From contig CAZSOZ010000002.1 of NCBI GenBank assembly GCA_964608675.1, forward strand, positions 96,001 to 160,000: DNA of 64,000 nt. Direction: 5' to 3'. The DNA is from an uncultured archaeon (lineage in GTDB: Archaea > Iainarchaeota > Iainarchaeia > Iainarchaeales > 1-14-0-10-31-34). Shown in pieces: positions 18,055-28,266 of this stretch. Below the pieces are notes generated by a model that did not search any database, was not told where the DNA came from, and worked only from the letters and a program-made list of their open reading frames with translations. The stretch's first letter is position 1. Every line of letters begins with the position of its first letter. The position numbers and the translations under genes are program-made.

Positions 18055-19029
18055 ATGACAGAAAATGAATTCGAATTAAAGGTTTTCAGCGGAAGAGCTA
18101 ACTCCAAGCTTGCTGAAGAAATCGCTTCTTTTTTGGGTGAACCACTGGGCAAAATCAATATTTCTAATTTCAATGATGGAGAAATAAACCTTGAAATAAA
18201 TGAATCTGTCAGAGGACATGATATTTTTTTTATTCAGCCAACTTGTTTTCCTACAAATGAAACATTAATGGAACTGCTTTTGTTTTTGGATGCCGCAAAA
18301 AGAGCTTCGGCTAAAAGAATTACTGCAGTGCTTCCTTATTATGGTTATGCAAGACAGGATAGAAAAAGTTCTCCGAGAACTCCAATTAGTGCAAAACTGG
18401 CAGCAGACTTAATTACTGTTGCAGGCGCCAGCAGAGTTTTAGCAGTAGATTTGCATGCAGCACAAATTCAAGGTTTTTTTAATATTCAATTAGATAATTT
18501 GACAGCAAAACTTCTTATTGCAGAACACATCAAACAAAAAAAAATTTCAAAATTAAGCATTGTTTCTCCTGACATTGGAGGAGTAAGAAGAGCAAGAGAT
18601 TTAGCTAAAATGCTTGATGCAGAATTAGTGATTGTAGATAAATACAGAGAAAAACCAAATAAATCTCAGGTCATGAATATAATTGGAAACGTGAAAGGAA
18701 GAAACTGTATTATGGTTGATGACATAATTGATACAGCAGGAACAATGTGTGCTGCAGCAAAAGAAATCAAAAAGAAAGGAGCATTGTCTGTTAGAGCGTA
18801 TGCAACTCATCCGGTTTTGTCAGGAAAAGCAATAGAAAAAATTTGTGATGCGCCAATAAAAGAAGTGGTTGTATCTGATTCAATTCCATTAAATGGAAAA
18901 GCAAAAAAATGCAAACAAATACAGGTTTTTTCAATTTCAGAACTGCTGGCAAAAGCCATCCAAAACATTCACACTTCACAATCAGTTTCCGAATTATTTG
19001 AATTAGACAAGCAAGTCAAATTAGTATAG
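18055..19029 (+). CDS. prs: Ribose-phosphate pyrophosphokinase
   Basis: FNDGE, PYYGYARQDRK, DLHAAQIQGFF, SPDIGG, VDDIIDTAGT. Confidence 0.97.
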   Translation: MTENEFELKVFSGRANSKLAEEIASFLGEPLGKINISNFNDGEINLEINESVRGHDIFFIQPTCFPTNETLMELLLFLDAAKRASAKRITAVLPYYGYARQDRKSSPRTPISAKLAADLITVAGASRVLAVDLHAAQIQGFFNIQLDNLTAKLLIAEHIKQKKISKLSIVSPDIGGVRRARDLAKMLDAELVIVDKYREKPNKSQVMNIIGNVKGRNCIMVDDIIDTAGTMCAAAKEIKKKGALSVRAYATHPVLSGKAIEKICDAPIKEVVVSDSIPLNGKAKKCKQIQVFSISELLAKAIQNIHTSQSVSELFELDKQVKLV

Positions 19030-19113
19030 AATTAAAATCTTTTCCAGTAAACAAATAATTAAGGCAAACCTAATTATGCGTTTTTATTTGGTTTAATTTT
19101 TAACGTGGTTTAA

Positions 19114-21693
19114 ATGATTTCATTTCAAAAAGAAAAATACTCTGATAAAGAGATTTTTGGGATGCTTCATCCATTGCTTAAAGACTGGTTTAAAGGAAAA
19201 TTTGAATCTTTCACTGAACCGCAAAAGTATGCAATTCCAAATATCCACAACAAAGAAAACACTTTGATTAGTGCAGTAACTGGAAGCGGGAAAACTTTGT
19301 CTGCGTTCACTGCTATACTCAATGAATTAATTTTCCTTTCAGAACAAGAAAAATTAGAAAACAAAGTTTATGCAGTTTACATTTCGCCTTTAAAGGCATT
19401 GAATAATGACATCAGAAGAAACTTAATTGAACCGTTAAGGGAAATGCAGGAGTCAAGAGAAAAAAAAATGGGAATCAGAGTTGGAGTTAGAACTGGAGAC
19501 ACTTCTAGTTCAGAGAAAGCAAAAATGCTTAGAACCACCCCACATATTTTAATCACAACTCCGGAATCTTTGGCAATAATTTTGAATGCACCAAAATTCA
19601 AGGAAAAATTAAAGGAAGCAAAATGGTTAATAGTGGATGAAATTCATGCTTTGGCAAACAATAAGCGGGGTTCGCATCTTTCAATTTCAATGGAACGCCT
19701 GCAAAAAATTTCTCCTGAAATAACTAGAATAGGATTAAGCGCTACAATTGCGCCAATAAAAGAAATAGCAGGCTTTTTGGTTGGATTAGAAAAAGAAAAA
19801 ACAAGAAAATGCAAAGTAATTGAAGCAAAACTAGAAAAAAAACTGAATTTAAAAGTTTTGTCTCCTTTGCCTAATTTAATTGATGTTTCTCCTCAAAAAA
19901 TTCATAAAAAATTATATGAGTTGCTTCATCAGTTAATTCAAGACCATAAAACCACTTTGGTTTTCACTAACACTAGAAGTGCAACAGAAAGAGTTGTTCA
20001 TAATTTAAAAGACAAGTTTCCAGAAAAGTATTCAGGAAATATTGGCGCTCATCATTCTTCTTTGTCAAGAGAACATAGGTTGAATACAGAGGAAAAACTG
20101 AAAAAAGGAGAATTAAAGGCTGTTGTAAGTTCGACTTCACTTGAATTAGGAATAGATATTGGTTTTATTGATTTAGTAGTATTATTAGGAAGCCCTAAAA
20201 GTGTTGCAAGAGCTTTGCAGAGAACAGGGCGTTCAGGACACAAACTCCATGACGAAATAAAAGGAAGAATAATTGTTTTGGACAGAGATGATTTAATTGA
20301 ATGCTGTTTGCTTCAAAAAAATGCATTAGAACACAAAATTGACCGAATTCAAATTCCACAGAATCCTTTGGATGTACTTGCCCAGCAAATTTACGGTATT
20401 GCAATAGAAGAACCAAGAAAAGCAGAAGAAATATATGAATTAATTAAACAAGCATATCCTTTCAGAGAATTAAAAAGAAGTTCTTTTTATGAAATAATTG
20501 ATTATCTTTCAGGAGAATTTGTTTCTTTAGAGCAAAGAAATGTTTATGCAAAAATATGGTTTGACAAAGAAACAGGAATGATAGGTAAAAGAGGAAAAAT
20601 GGCAAGAATAATTTATATGACAAATATTGGAACTATTCCTGATGAAGCAAGAATTACAGTTAAAATAAAAGATCAAAAAATAGGCACAATAGATGAAGGT
20701 TTTCTGGAAAGACTAAAAAAAGGAGATGTATTTGTTTTAGGAGGGCAAAGCTATGAATTTAGGTATGCTTTAGGAATGACTGCACAGGTTTTAGCTGCAT
20801 ACAAAAGGCCTCCGACTGTTCCATCTTGGTTCAGTGAAATGCTTCCATTAAGTTTTGATTTGGCTTTAGAAATACAGAAATTTCGTGAATTAATGGAAAA
20901 AAAATTCAAAGAAAAAGAAAGTGAAAAGGAAATCAGAGAATTCATCAAAAAATATCTTTATGTAGAAGATATTACTGTTGATGCAGTTTATAATTATTTT
21001 AAAGAACAATTTTTGTTTTTGGAAGTCCCTCATTCAAAAAAATTTTTAATTGAAGTTTTTGCTGAAGGAAACTTAAAGCATGCGGTTTTTCATTCTTTGT
21101 ATGGCAGAAGAGTTAATGATGCTTTAAGCAGAGCTTATGCTTTTGCTTTAAGCAGGTTTATTCACAAAGACGTTGAATTAACGGTTAATGATAATGGTTT
21201 TGTTTTAAGCGTTAACACTAAAATGCCTTTAGAGAAAGTTTTGAAGACAGTCACTTCAAAGGAATTAAGGAAAATTCTTGTTTTTGCAATAGAAAAAACC
21301 GAGGTTTTGAACAGAAGATTCAGGCATTGTGCTGTAAGAAGCTTAATGATTCTGCGTTCTTATAAGGGAAGAACAAAAACAGCAGGAAAACAGCAGATGG
21401 CTTCACGTTTATTAATTAATGCAGTCCGAAGAGTAAGCAATGAATTCCCTGTTTTAAAGGAAGCCAGAAGAGAAGTTTTAGAGGATTTAATGGATATCCA
21501 TAACGCAGAAAAAGTTTTGCAGGGAATTGAATCAGGTTTAATTAAAGCAAAAATTGTTTTTACAGATATCCCTTCTCCTTTTGCTTTTAATTTGTTTTTG
21601 CAGGGAAGAATGGATTTAATGAAAATAGAAGACAAAATCGAATTTCTGAAAAGGCTTCATGGACAAATTCAGGAAAGAATTAAAGAAAAATAA
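19114..21693 (+). CDS. lhr: Lhr-family SF2 helicase
   Basis: TGSGKT, ITTPESL, DEIH, LSAT, HHSSLS, STSLELGIDIG, QRTGRSGH, IGTIP, VPSW. Confidence 0.95.
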   Translation: MISFQKEKYSDKEIFGMLHPLLKDWFKGKFESFTEPQKYAIPNIHNKENTLISAVTGSGKTLSAFTAILNELIFLSEQEKLENKVYAVYISPLKALNNDIRRNLIEPLREMQESREKKMGIRVGVRTGDTSSSEKAKMLRTTPHILITTPESLAIILNAPKFKEKLKEAKWLIVDEIHALANNKRGSHLSISMERLQKISPEITRIGLSATIAPIKEIAGFLVGLEKEKTRKCKVIEAKLEKKLNLKVLSPLPNLIDVSPQKIHKKLYELLHQLIQDHKTTLVFTNTRSATERVVHNLKDKFPEKYSGNIGAHHSSLSREHRLNTEEKLKKGELKAVVSSTSLELGIDIGFIDLVVLLGSPKSVARALQRTGRSGHKLHDEIKGRIIVLDRDDLIECCLLQKNALEHKIDRIQIPQNPLDVLAQQIYGIAIEEPRKAEEIYELIKQAYPFRELKRSSFYEIIDYLSGEFVSLEQRNVYAKIWFDKETGMIGKRGKMARIIYMTNIGTIPDEARITVKIKDQKIGTIDEGFLERLKKGDVFVLGGQSYEFRYALGMTAQVLAAYKRPPTVPSWFSEMLPLSFDLALEIQKFRELMEKKFKEKESEKEIREFIKKYLYVEDITVDAVYNYFKEQFLFLEVPHSKKFLIEVFAEGNLKHAVFHSLYGRRVNDALSRAYAFALSRFIHKDVELTVNDNGFVLSVNTKMPLEKVLKTVTSKELRKILVFAIEKTEVLNRRFRHCAVRSLMILRSYKGRTKTAGKQQMASRLLINAVRRVSNEFPVLKEARREVLEDLMDIHNAEKVLQGIESGLIKAKIVFTDIPSPFAFNLFLQGRMDLMKIEDKIEFLKRLHGQIQERIKEK

Positions 21694-21732
21694 AAACAAT
21701 ATTAATAAGAAAAAAAATGAAGAAGTGAAAAA

Positions 21733-22458
21733 ATGAACTCCAAAAAAATTCTTTCAAATGCAGAAATAATTGATTTAAGCTTATTTTTTTTTAAAGAAAA
21801 AATTTTAGTTATAACAGACATGCATTTAGGCTATGAAGAAGCTTTGATTAGACAAGGAACTTTTATTCCTAAAAGCAATTTTGCTGATTCAGTTGAACGC
21901 CTTAAAAAAATTTTCAGGAAAACAGGAAAACTTGAAAAAATAATTATTTTAGGAGACTTAAAACATGAATTTGGATTAATTTCACACCAAGAATGGAAAG
22001 AAATAACTGAAATGCTTTCTTTTTTGGGAAAACACTGCAGTCAAATAATTTTATTGAAAGGAAATCATGATAAAATTTTGGAGCCAATAGCTAAATGGAA
22101 AAATCTTTCTTTAAAAAACTCTTTTTTTCTTAAAAAACAAAAAATTTTGTTTCTGCACGGCGACAAAATCAGACAAGAAAAAAATTTTAGTTCAGCTGAA
22201 ACAATTGTAATAGGTCACGAACACCCTGCAATTTCTTTAAGAGAAGAAGGCAGACAAGAAAAATTTAAATGTTTTTTGAAAGGAACTTATGGAAAAAAAA
22301 TTCTTGTAGTCCTGCCTTCTTTTAATGCTGTTCTTGAAGGACAAGATTTATTCAAAGAAAACCTCTTAAGTCCTTTTCTGCATCAGGACATTAATTCATT
22401 TGAAGTCTGGGTTGTTGGAGATAAAACTTATTATTTTGGAAAAATAAAAAATATATAG
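21733..22458 (+). CDS. Lhr-associated metallophosphoesterase (MPE)
   Basis: TDMHLG, LGDLKH, GNHD, LHGD, GHEHP, LPSF; adjacent to lhr. Confidence 0.9.
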   Translation: MNSKKILSNAEIIDLSLFFFKEKILVITDMHLGYEEALIRQGTFIPKSNFADSVERLKKIFRKTGKLEKIIILGDLKHEFGLISHQEWKEITEMLSFLGKHCSQIILLKGNHDKILEPIAKWKNLSLKNSFFLKKQKILFLHGDKIRQEKNFSSAETIVIGHEHPAISLREEGRQEKFKCFLKGTYGKKILVVLPSFNAVLEGQDLFKENLLSPFLHQDINSFEVWVVGDKTYYFGKIKNI

Positions 22459-22515
22459 AAAACTAAAAAAAAAAGTAAAAAAAATAATTAAAAAAAAAAG
22501 AAAGCAACCATGAAA

Positions 22516-22712
22516 TGGGGCCGTTGGGATTTGAACCCAAGCCGCAGCGTTGTCCGAAATCTTGCAGTGCAGGCTTGCCTGCACTTTTTGGCAATACTAA
22601 AATCTTTGATTTTAGTGTGCATTTAATTCTTTCTGAGAATTAAATTGCAACCTGCCTTTTGGAAAAGGCAGTTTCCCGAACGCTGAATCCTACCAAACTA
22701 GACTACGGCCCC
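22516..22712 (-). tRNA. tRNA-Pro(CGG) with 124-nt intron at 37/38; CCA not encoded
   Basis: Acceptor GGGGCCG/CGGCCCC-A, D arm GTCT...GGAT, anticodon arm CAGCG-TTCGGG^A-CGCTG, T arm TTGGG-TTCAAAT-CCCAA. Confidence 0.93.
22551..22674 (-). other. BHB-type tRNA intron containing four palindromes
   Basis: Central helix TTCG/CGGA with bulges GG^A and CA^A; hairpins at 22566-22585, 22596-22616, 22621-22645, 22652-22671. Confidence 0.88.
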
Positions 22713-22925
22713 CAAACTGCTGATGTAAGTTTACATCAGAGAATTATCTTGGATTTGCTTGATAAATTACCTTTAAACTTCATTAATGCTATAATAAATT
22801 TGAACAACAAAAAATAAAAATCAGTTGAATTTTTTTGAGTGAAGAGTTTTATTAAAATCTATTGCAGGCAGTCATGTTTAAATATTTTAGTTTAGTTAAT
22901 ATTTAGGTTTAATTTGGTGGGAAAA

Positions 22926-24617
22926 ATGGGAAAAAAACAGTTGAGTGAAATAGGAAAACAATCTGTTGATTCAGAATTTTTTACTCCTATTCCTGAAGGA
23001 TACAAAAAAGGAAAAACAAAATTTATTATTATAACTGGTTCAGTGATAAGCGGAATAGGAAAAGGAACTGTAACAAGTTCTATTTCAAAACTTTTAGAAG
23101 AACGAGGATTGACTGTTTCTCCAATGAAAGCAGAAGCATATTATAATGTTGATGCAGGCACTCTTAATCCATTCAGGCACGGAGAAGTTTTTGTTTTGGA
23201 TGACGGAACAGAAACAGACATGGATTTGGGGTCTTATGAAAGATTTATCAGCAGAAATTTAAGCAAAGAAAATTATTTGACGACAGGAAAAATTTTAACT
23301 GAAATTTTAGAAAAAGAGAGAGCAGGAAAATATTTGGGGAGAGACGTTCAGTTTATTCCTCATGTAACAGGTGAAACAAAAAAGTATTTTAGAAAGCTTG
23401 CAGTTGACTCTAAAGCAGACGTGGTTTTAATTGAAATAGGAGGCACAGTAGGAGATTATGAAAACATGTATTTGCTGGAGGCAGCAAGACAGTTATGGTA
23501 TGAAGAAGGAGCAGAAAACGTGTGTTTTATTAATTTAACTTATGTTTTTGAACCTAAAACTTTGGGGGAACAAAAAAGTAAAGCAGCTCAGTTAGGAATA
23601 AAAAAAATGATTGAAATGGGTTTAATGCCTGATATTGTGATTTGCAGAAGTGAGAATCCAGTGCATGACAACATAAGAGAAAAAATCAGCGTATTTTCTA
23701 ATGTGCCTTTGAACAGAGTTATTGGTTTGCATGACTCAGATGAATTTTACAGGATTCCTTTAATGTTAAAAGAAAAAGGATTAGATAAAGCTATTTTTGA
23801 TGCATTAAAAATAAATGAAAAAAAACTTGATAACAATAAAAGCCTGGAAAAATGGACAAACAGAATGACTGTAGGAAACCCTCAAAAAAAAATTAATATT
23901 GGCATTGCAGGAAAATACACTGGATTAAAAGATTCTTATATTAGTATAATTAAAACTTTAGAACACTGTGAAACAGAATTCAACATTAAAATTAATGTTA
24001 AATGGATTGAAGCAACAGAAATCGAAAAAGGAAAAAAGAAAGCAGAAGAAGTTTTAAAGGAAGTCAATGGTTTAATTGTTCCAGGAGGATACGGCAAAAG
24101 AGGAGCAGAAGGAAAAATTGAATGCATTAAATATTGCAGGAAAAAAAACATTCCTTTTCTTGGAATTTGTTATGGCTTTCAGATGGCTTTAATTGAATTT
24201 GCAAGAAATGTTTTAGAAAAAAAGAATTCTCATACAGAAGAAATTAATCCAAAAGCAGATGATTTAGTTGTATGTCTTTTACCAGAACAAAAGAAAATTG
24301 AAGGGCTTGGAGGAAACAACCGATTAGGAGGATTTGATGTAGCAGTTAAAAAAAGTACTAAAGCATTTGAATTATATGGAAAAGAAACAATAAGAGAAAG
24401 ATTCCGCCATAGATATGAATGCAATCCTGATTATATTAAAGAATTTGAAGAAAAAGGAATGATCTTTTCAGGCAAAGCACCAAAAGTTGACATCATGCAA
24501 ATTTTAGAGCTTCCAGAACATAAATTCTTTTTTGCAGTACAATATCACCCTGAATTTACTTCAAGACCATTAAAACCTAATCCTTGTTTTAAGGGTTTAA
24601 TTAAATCCTGCCTGTAA
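22926..24617 (+). CDS. pyrG: CTP synthase
   Basis: SGIGKG, HGEVFVLDDG, IEIGGTVGD, GICYG, QYHPE. Confidence 0.97.
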   Translation: MGKKQLSEIGKQSVDSEFFTPIPEGYKKGKTKFIIITGSVISGIGKGTVTSSISKLLEERGLTVSPMKAEAYYNVDAGTLNPFRHGEVFVLDDGTETDMDLGSYERFISRNLSKENYLTTGKILTEILEKERAGKYLGRDVQFIPHVTGETKKYFRKLAVDSKADVVLIEIGGTVGDYENMYLLEAARQLWYEEGAENVCFINLTYVFEPKTLGEQKSKAAQLGIKKMIEMGLMPDIVICRSENPVHDNIREKISVFSNVPLNRVIGLHDSDEFYRIPLMLKEKGLDKAIFDALKINEKKLDNNKSLEKWTNRMTVGNPQKKINIGIAGKYTGLKDSYISIIKTLEHCETEFNIKINVKWIEATEIEKGKKKAEEVLKEVNGLIVPGGYGKRGAEGKIECIKYCRKKNIPFLGICYGFQMALIEFARNVLEKKNSHTEEINPKADDLVVCLLPEQKKIEGLGGNNRLGGFDVAVKKSTKAFELYGKETIRERFRHRYECNPDYIKEFEEKGMIFSGKAPKVDIMQILELPEHKFFFAVQYHPEFTSRPLKPNPCFKGLIKSCL

Positions 24618-24620
24618 TTT

Positions 24621-25037
24621 TCATTCTCCAATTGCTTTGAGTTCTATTTTTCTTGTTCTGGGCTTGTTGTCTAATTCAACAAAAACAATTTGCTGCCATG
24701 TTCCTGTAAGCAGTTTTGCTTTAGAAAAAGGAATAAACAAATCAGGTTTCAGCAAAGATGCACGGACATGTGAATGACCATTACCGTCATGCCATTTTAA
24801 GTTATGATAATATTTTCTTTTTGGAACAATTCTATCAAGGAATTCAGGAAAATCTTTCTGCAGGCCTTCTTCGAATTCAATTGTAGTTAATGCGCAAGTT
24901 GAACCGGTTGCAAACAAAAACAGGATTCCTTCCTGGAATCTGCTTTTTTTTAGTTCGTGTTCTGCTTCAATTGAAATATTAATTAAATGATTTTCTTTTT
25001 TTGACTGAAAGGAAATAGAAGAAGAAAACACATTCAT
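24621..25037 (-). CDS. yjbQ: YjbQ/UPF0047 family protein
   Basis: GSTCALT, DGNGHSHVRASL, GTWQQIVFVELD. Confidence 0.9.
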   Translation of the reverse strand: MNVFSSSISFQSKKENHLINISIEAEHELKKSRFQEGILFLFATGSTCALTTIEFEEGLQKDFPEFLDRIVPKRKYYHNLKWHDGNGHSHVRASLLKPDLFIPFSKAKLLTGTWQQIVFVELDNKPRTRKIELKAIGE

Positions 25038-25204
25038 TTTTTTTCCTCCATCATTACTGGAATACCGTTTTCTATTTTGAATTCTTTTCTGCATTTACTG
25101 CATTCTAGTTTGTTTTTTTCTTTTAAGTAATTTAAATTTGATTTGCATTGAGGGCAGGCAAGAATTTCAATTAATTCTTTTGGCAGTTCATTTTTGCTGT
25201 TCAT
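25034..25204 (-). CDS. trm112: Trm112-family methyltransferase activator (not in ORF track)
   Basis: MNSKNELPKELIEILACPQCKSNLNYLKEKNKLECSKCRKEFKIENGIPVMMEEKK; ATGA overlaps with both neighbours. Confidence 0.9.
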   Translation of the reverse strand: MNSKNELPKELIEILACPQCKSNLNYLKEKNKLECSKCRKEFKIENGIPVMMEEKK

Positions 25205-26313
25205 TTTTTTTTCAGTTTCCTTTTATTTAATTTATTTTTTTTTTCTTCTAAAACCTGTTTGTATAAGGATTCAGTTTTTTCTGCAATAATTTTAACGTCA
25301 AATTCATTTAATACTTTTTGTCTGGCTTTTTTTCCCAAAGAAAAAGTTAAAGACTTGGAAGAAAGCACTGAAATTAAATGCTGTTTTAATTCATTTTTGT
25401 TTTCTTGTTCAAAAATTAATCCTTCTTTGCTTCCTATTTGATCTTTTATTCCAAAAGCATTTGAAGCAATTACTGCGCATTCTGAACTCATTGCTTCAAG
25501 AACTACTACCGGCATTACTTCAAACAATGAAGGCAGAACAAAAACTGCAGAAGACCCAAAAAATAAAGGAAGTTTGTTGTGAGAAACAAAGCCATAAAAT
25601 TTGTGTTTAATTCCTGTTTTTTTTGCTTTCAATTCAAGTTTTTTTCTTTCAGGCCCTTCTCCTACTGCATGTAGTTCAAAGTCAAATTTGTTTTTTAGTT
25701 CGCCTAAAACTTCAATCAGCAATTCAAGATTTTTTTCTTTGTCTAAACGTCCTACAAACAAAATTTTGTTTGAATTTTTTTTTTGTGGAACAAATTCATT
25801 TGAATCAACAAAATTGGGAATAAAAACAACTTTTTCTTTTTGTTTAGGAATTTTATTTTGAATTATTTCTTGTATTTCAGTGCTTAAAGCAATAATTCTG
25901 TCTGCTTTTTTGTATACTTTTTTTTGAAAAAAACTGAATATTGGAGTAAAAAGTGTTTTGTGAAATTTTGCCTGCGGAAGATTATACCAATTGTGTTCTG
26001 AATAAATTAAAGGCTTTAAGCCAAGAAAAGGATAAGCAGTTAAAGGGTAATGGCAGTGAATGATTTCTCCTGAAACAAGTTTTTTTTTTGTCCAGCAGTT
26101 ATGCATTGAATAAAAGTTATGCAAACGGTCAAATGGAATTTTTGAGCCTATTTCAATTGAGTTTTCAATTGAACTTTTTGATGAATACAATTGAATTGAA
26201 TGACTTCTTTTTTTTAGTTCTTTAATTAAATCATATTCTAAAATTTCTATTCCTCCTTTTGAAGGAGGAAATTCATCTATTTTTGAGCCTGTACTCACAA
26301 AAGTGATTTTCAT
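25201..26313 (-). CDS. GT4 glycosyltransferase
   Basis: LFVGRL..EKN, EVMPVVVLEAM (EX7E). Confidence 0.92.
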   Translation of the reverse strand: MKITFVSTGSKIDEFPPSKGGIEILEYDLIKELKKRSHSIQLYSSKSSIENSIEIGSKIPFDRLHNFYSMHNCWTKKKLVSGEIIHCHYPLTAYPFLGLKPLIYSEHNWYNLPQAKFHKTLFTPIFSFFQKKVYKKADRIIALSTEIQEIIQNKIPKQKEKVVFIPNFVDSNEFVPQKKNSNKILFVGRLDKEKNLELLIEVLGELKNKFDFELHAVGEGPERKKLELKAKKTGIKHKFYGFVSHNKLPLFFGSSAVFVLPSLFEVMPVVVLEAMSSECAVIASNAFGIKDQIGSKEGLIFEQENKNELKQHLISVLSSKSLTFSLGKKARQKVLNEFDVKIIAEKTESLYKQVLEEKKNKLNKRKLKKK

Positions 26314-27446
26314 TTTTTTACCTTTTTTTCATAGACTTCTTTTATTGTTTTAACTAAAACTGAACTGGTAATTAATTGTATGCCGATAAACAGGCAGGTT
26401 ACCCCAATTAAAGGAATTGTTAAATGAGAAAAATTTGAAGTAAAAAAAACAAGAGTAAACCCTGCTACAAATAAAAATAAGCCGATTAAATTGTATTTAG
26501 TTAAAATAAATCTGTTGTATGCCCAACCGTAAACTATTGCAGTGTTAAGTTTTTGATAAAAAAGTTTTACAACAAAATTTGAAAGAAAACCAAAAAAAAT
26601 AAGGGACACTCCTATTAAAATCATTGAAGTAATTAAAAAAATTCTTCTTAAACCAAAATTATTGAAGTTCATTCCCTGAAAGAAAGGATAAAATAAAACT
26701 GCTCCTGCAATAAGAAAAAATATTCCTATTAAACCAAACAATTTTAAGGGATTATATAATTTTATTACTTCAAGAATTGAAAAAAGAAAATTAAATCCTG
26801 ATTTCAGGCTGTTTAATTTTGAGTTTCCTGTTCTTTCAGAATAATTTATTGGTACAAAATTCATTTTCCATTTTTCATGGACAGCTAAAGCAGTCATTGC
26901 AGGAGTAAATGAAAGATTGTCAGGAAGAGAATCAAAATTAGAACAAATTTTTCTTTTAATTATTCTCATTCCTGATGCAGTGTCTTTTACTTTGCTTTTC
27001 CCAAAAAAATTCAGCAAAAAAACAAACATTTTGTTTCCAATAAGCCTTTGCAGAGGCATTTTTGTTCCTTTCCCAAGCCTTGAAGCAATAATTAAATCAC
27101 TGTCTTTTTCAATCAAAGTTTTTGCAAGAAATGAAAGCCTGTTAATTGGATAAGTTCCGTCTGCGTCATAGAATGCAATTAAATCAGAATGCGAATTTTT
27201 GATTCCTGTTTTTAGGGCTGCTCCGTATCCTTTGTTTTCTTTGTGGGAAAAAATTTTTATTTCAGAAGAAAAGTTTTGAAGAATTTTTTCTGTTGAATCA
27301 GTTGACCCGTCATTCACTACAATTATTTTAACTTCTTTTATTGGAGTGTTTTTTATGATTTTTTGTTTTTCTTTGAGGGTTTGTTTGATGGTTGAAATAA
27401 TTGCTTTTTCTTCGTTGAATGCAGGAATAATTATAGTTAATTTCAT
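26310..27446 (-). CDS. GT2 glycosyltransferase (DPM-synthase-like) with C-terminal TM helices
   Basis: IIPAFNEE, VNDGSTD, NKGYG, DADG, R.G.SK. Confidence 0.92.
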   Translation of the reverse strand: MKLTIIIPAFNEEKAIISTIKQTLKEKQKIIKNTPIKEVKIIVVNDGSTDSTEKILQNFSSEIKIFSHKENKGYGAALKTGIKNSHSDLIAFYDADGTYPINRLSFLAKTLIEKDSDLIIASRLGKGTKMPLQRLIGNKMFVFLLNFFGKSKVKDTASGMRIIKRKICSNFDSLPDNLSFTPAMTALAVHEKWKMNFVPINYSERTGNSKLNSLKSGFNFLFSILEVIKLYNPLKLFGLIGIFFLIAGAVLFYPFFQGMNFNNFGLRRIFLITSMILIGVSLIFFGFLSNFVVKLFYQKLNTAIVYGWAYNRFILTKYNLIGLFLFVAGFTLVFFTSNFSHLTIPLIGVTCLFIGIQLITSSVLVKTIKEVYEKKVKK

Positions 27447-27516
27447 TTTATCAGAACGTAATATTTTAATAGTTTGAAATACTATTATGATTACTTAAAT
27501 AAAAAGGTTGCCTTGA

Positions 27517-28266
27517 ATGCAGGAAAAAGCTATTGAAATAAGAAATTTAAGAAAAGAATTCAGGGTAAGCTTGAATCCTCAGTCTTTAACTGAATTTTTT
27601 TTTCCAAGACATAAAACAACGGTTGCTGTTGATTCTTTGGATTTGGATATATTTAAAGATGAAACTCTTGGTTTATTGGGGCCGAATGGAGCAGGCAAAA
27701 CCACTTTAATTAAATTGATGACAGGCATTCTTTATCCTACTTCAGGAACAGTGAATGTTTTTGGAAATTCAATTGAATATCAAAAGCACAAAATTGGCTT
27801 AATGTTAGGCTATGACTTAATTTATTATCGGATGACTGGTTATGACAACTTAAAGTATTTTGCAAGAATTTATAAAATAAAGGATTTTGATTCAAGAATA
27901 AATGAATTAGCTGACTTGTTTGATTTTAGGGAACACTTGTTTGATTACGTTGAAAATTATTCTCTGGGAACTAAATCAAAGCTTGCTTTGGCAAGAGCCT
28001 TAATTCAGGACCCTGAAATTCTTGTTTTGGATGAACCTACTTTGGGTTTGGATATTAATGTTTCAAAAAAAATAAGAAAACTTGTTTCTGAAATGAATAA
28101 AACAATTATTTTAACAACACATTACGAAAAAGAAGCAAAAGAATTATGCGACAAAATTGCTTTAATGGACAAAGGAAGGCTGATTAAATTAGTGGAAAAA
28201 GAGTTTTTTGATGAAGTAATGAAAAAGTTTTCTGAATTAGGTGTAATAAATGCAGTGGTTGAATGA
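27517..28266 (+). CDS. ABC transporter ATP-binding protein (NodI/DrrA-like)
   Basis: GPNGAGKTT, YSLG signature, LDEPTLGLD, TTH. Confidence 0.93.
   Translation: MQEKAIEIRNLRKEFRVSLNPQSLTEFFFPRHKTTVAVDSLDLDIFKDETLGLLGPNGAGKTTLIKLMTGILYPTSGTVNVFGNSIEYQKHKIGLMLGYDLIYYRMTGYDNLKYFARIYKIKDFDSRINELADLFDFREHLFDYVENYSLGTKSKLALARALIQDPEILVLDEPTLGLDINVSKKIRKLVSEMNKTIILTTHYEKEAKELCDKIALMDKGRLIKLVEKEFFDEVMKKFSELGVINAVVE

Noticed and set aside
22396-22584. 62-aa minus-strand ORF
   Set aside because: Overlaps the tRNA 3' exon and the MPE gene end; spurious.
22551-22739. Palindrome series as a mini CRISPR array
   Set aside because: The hairpins share no repeated sequence, there are no spacers, and there are no cas genes in the window.
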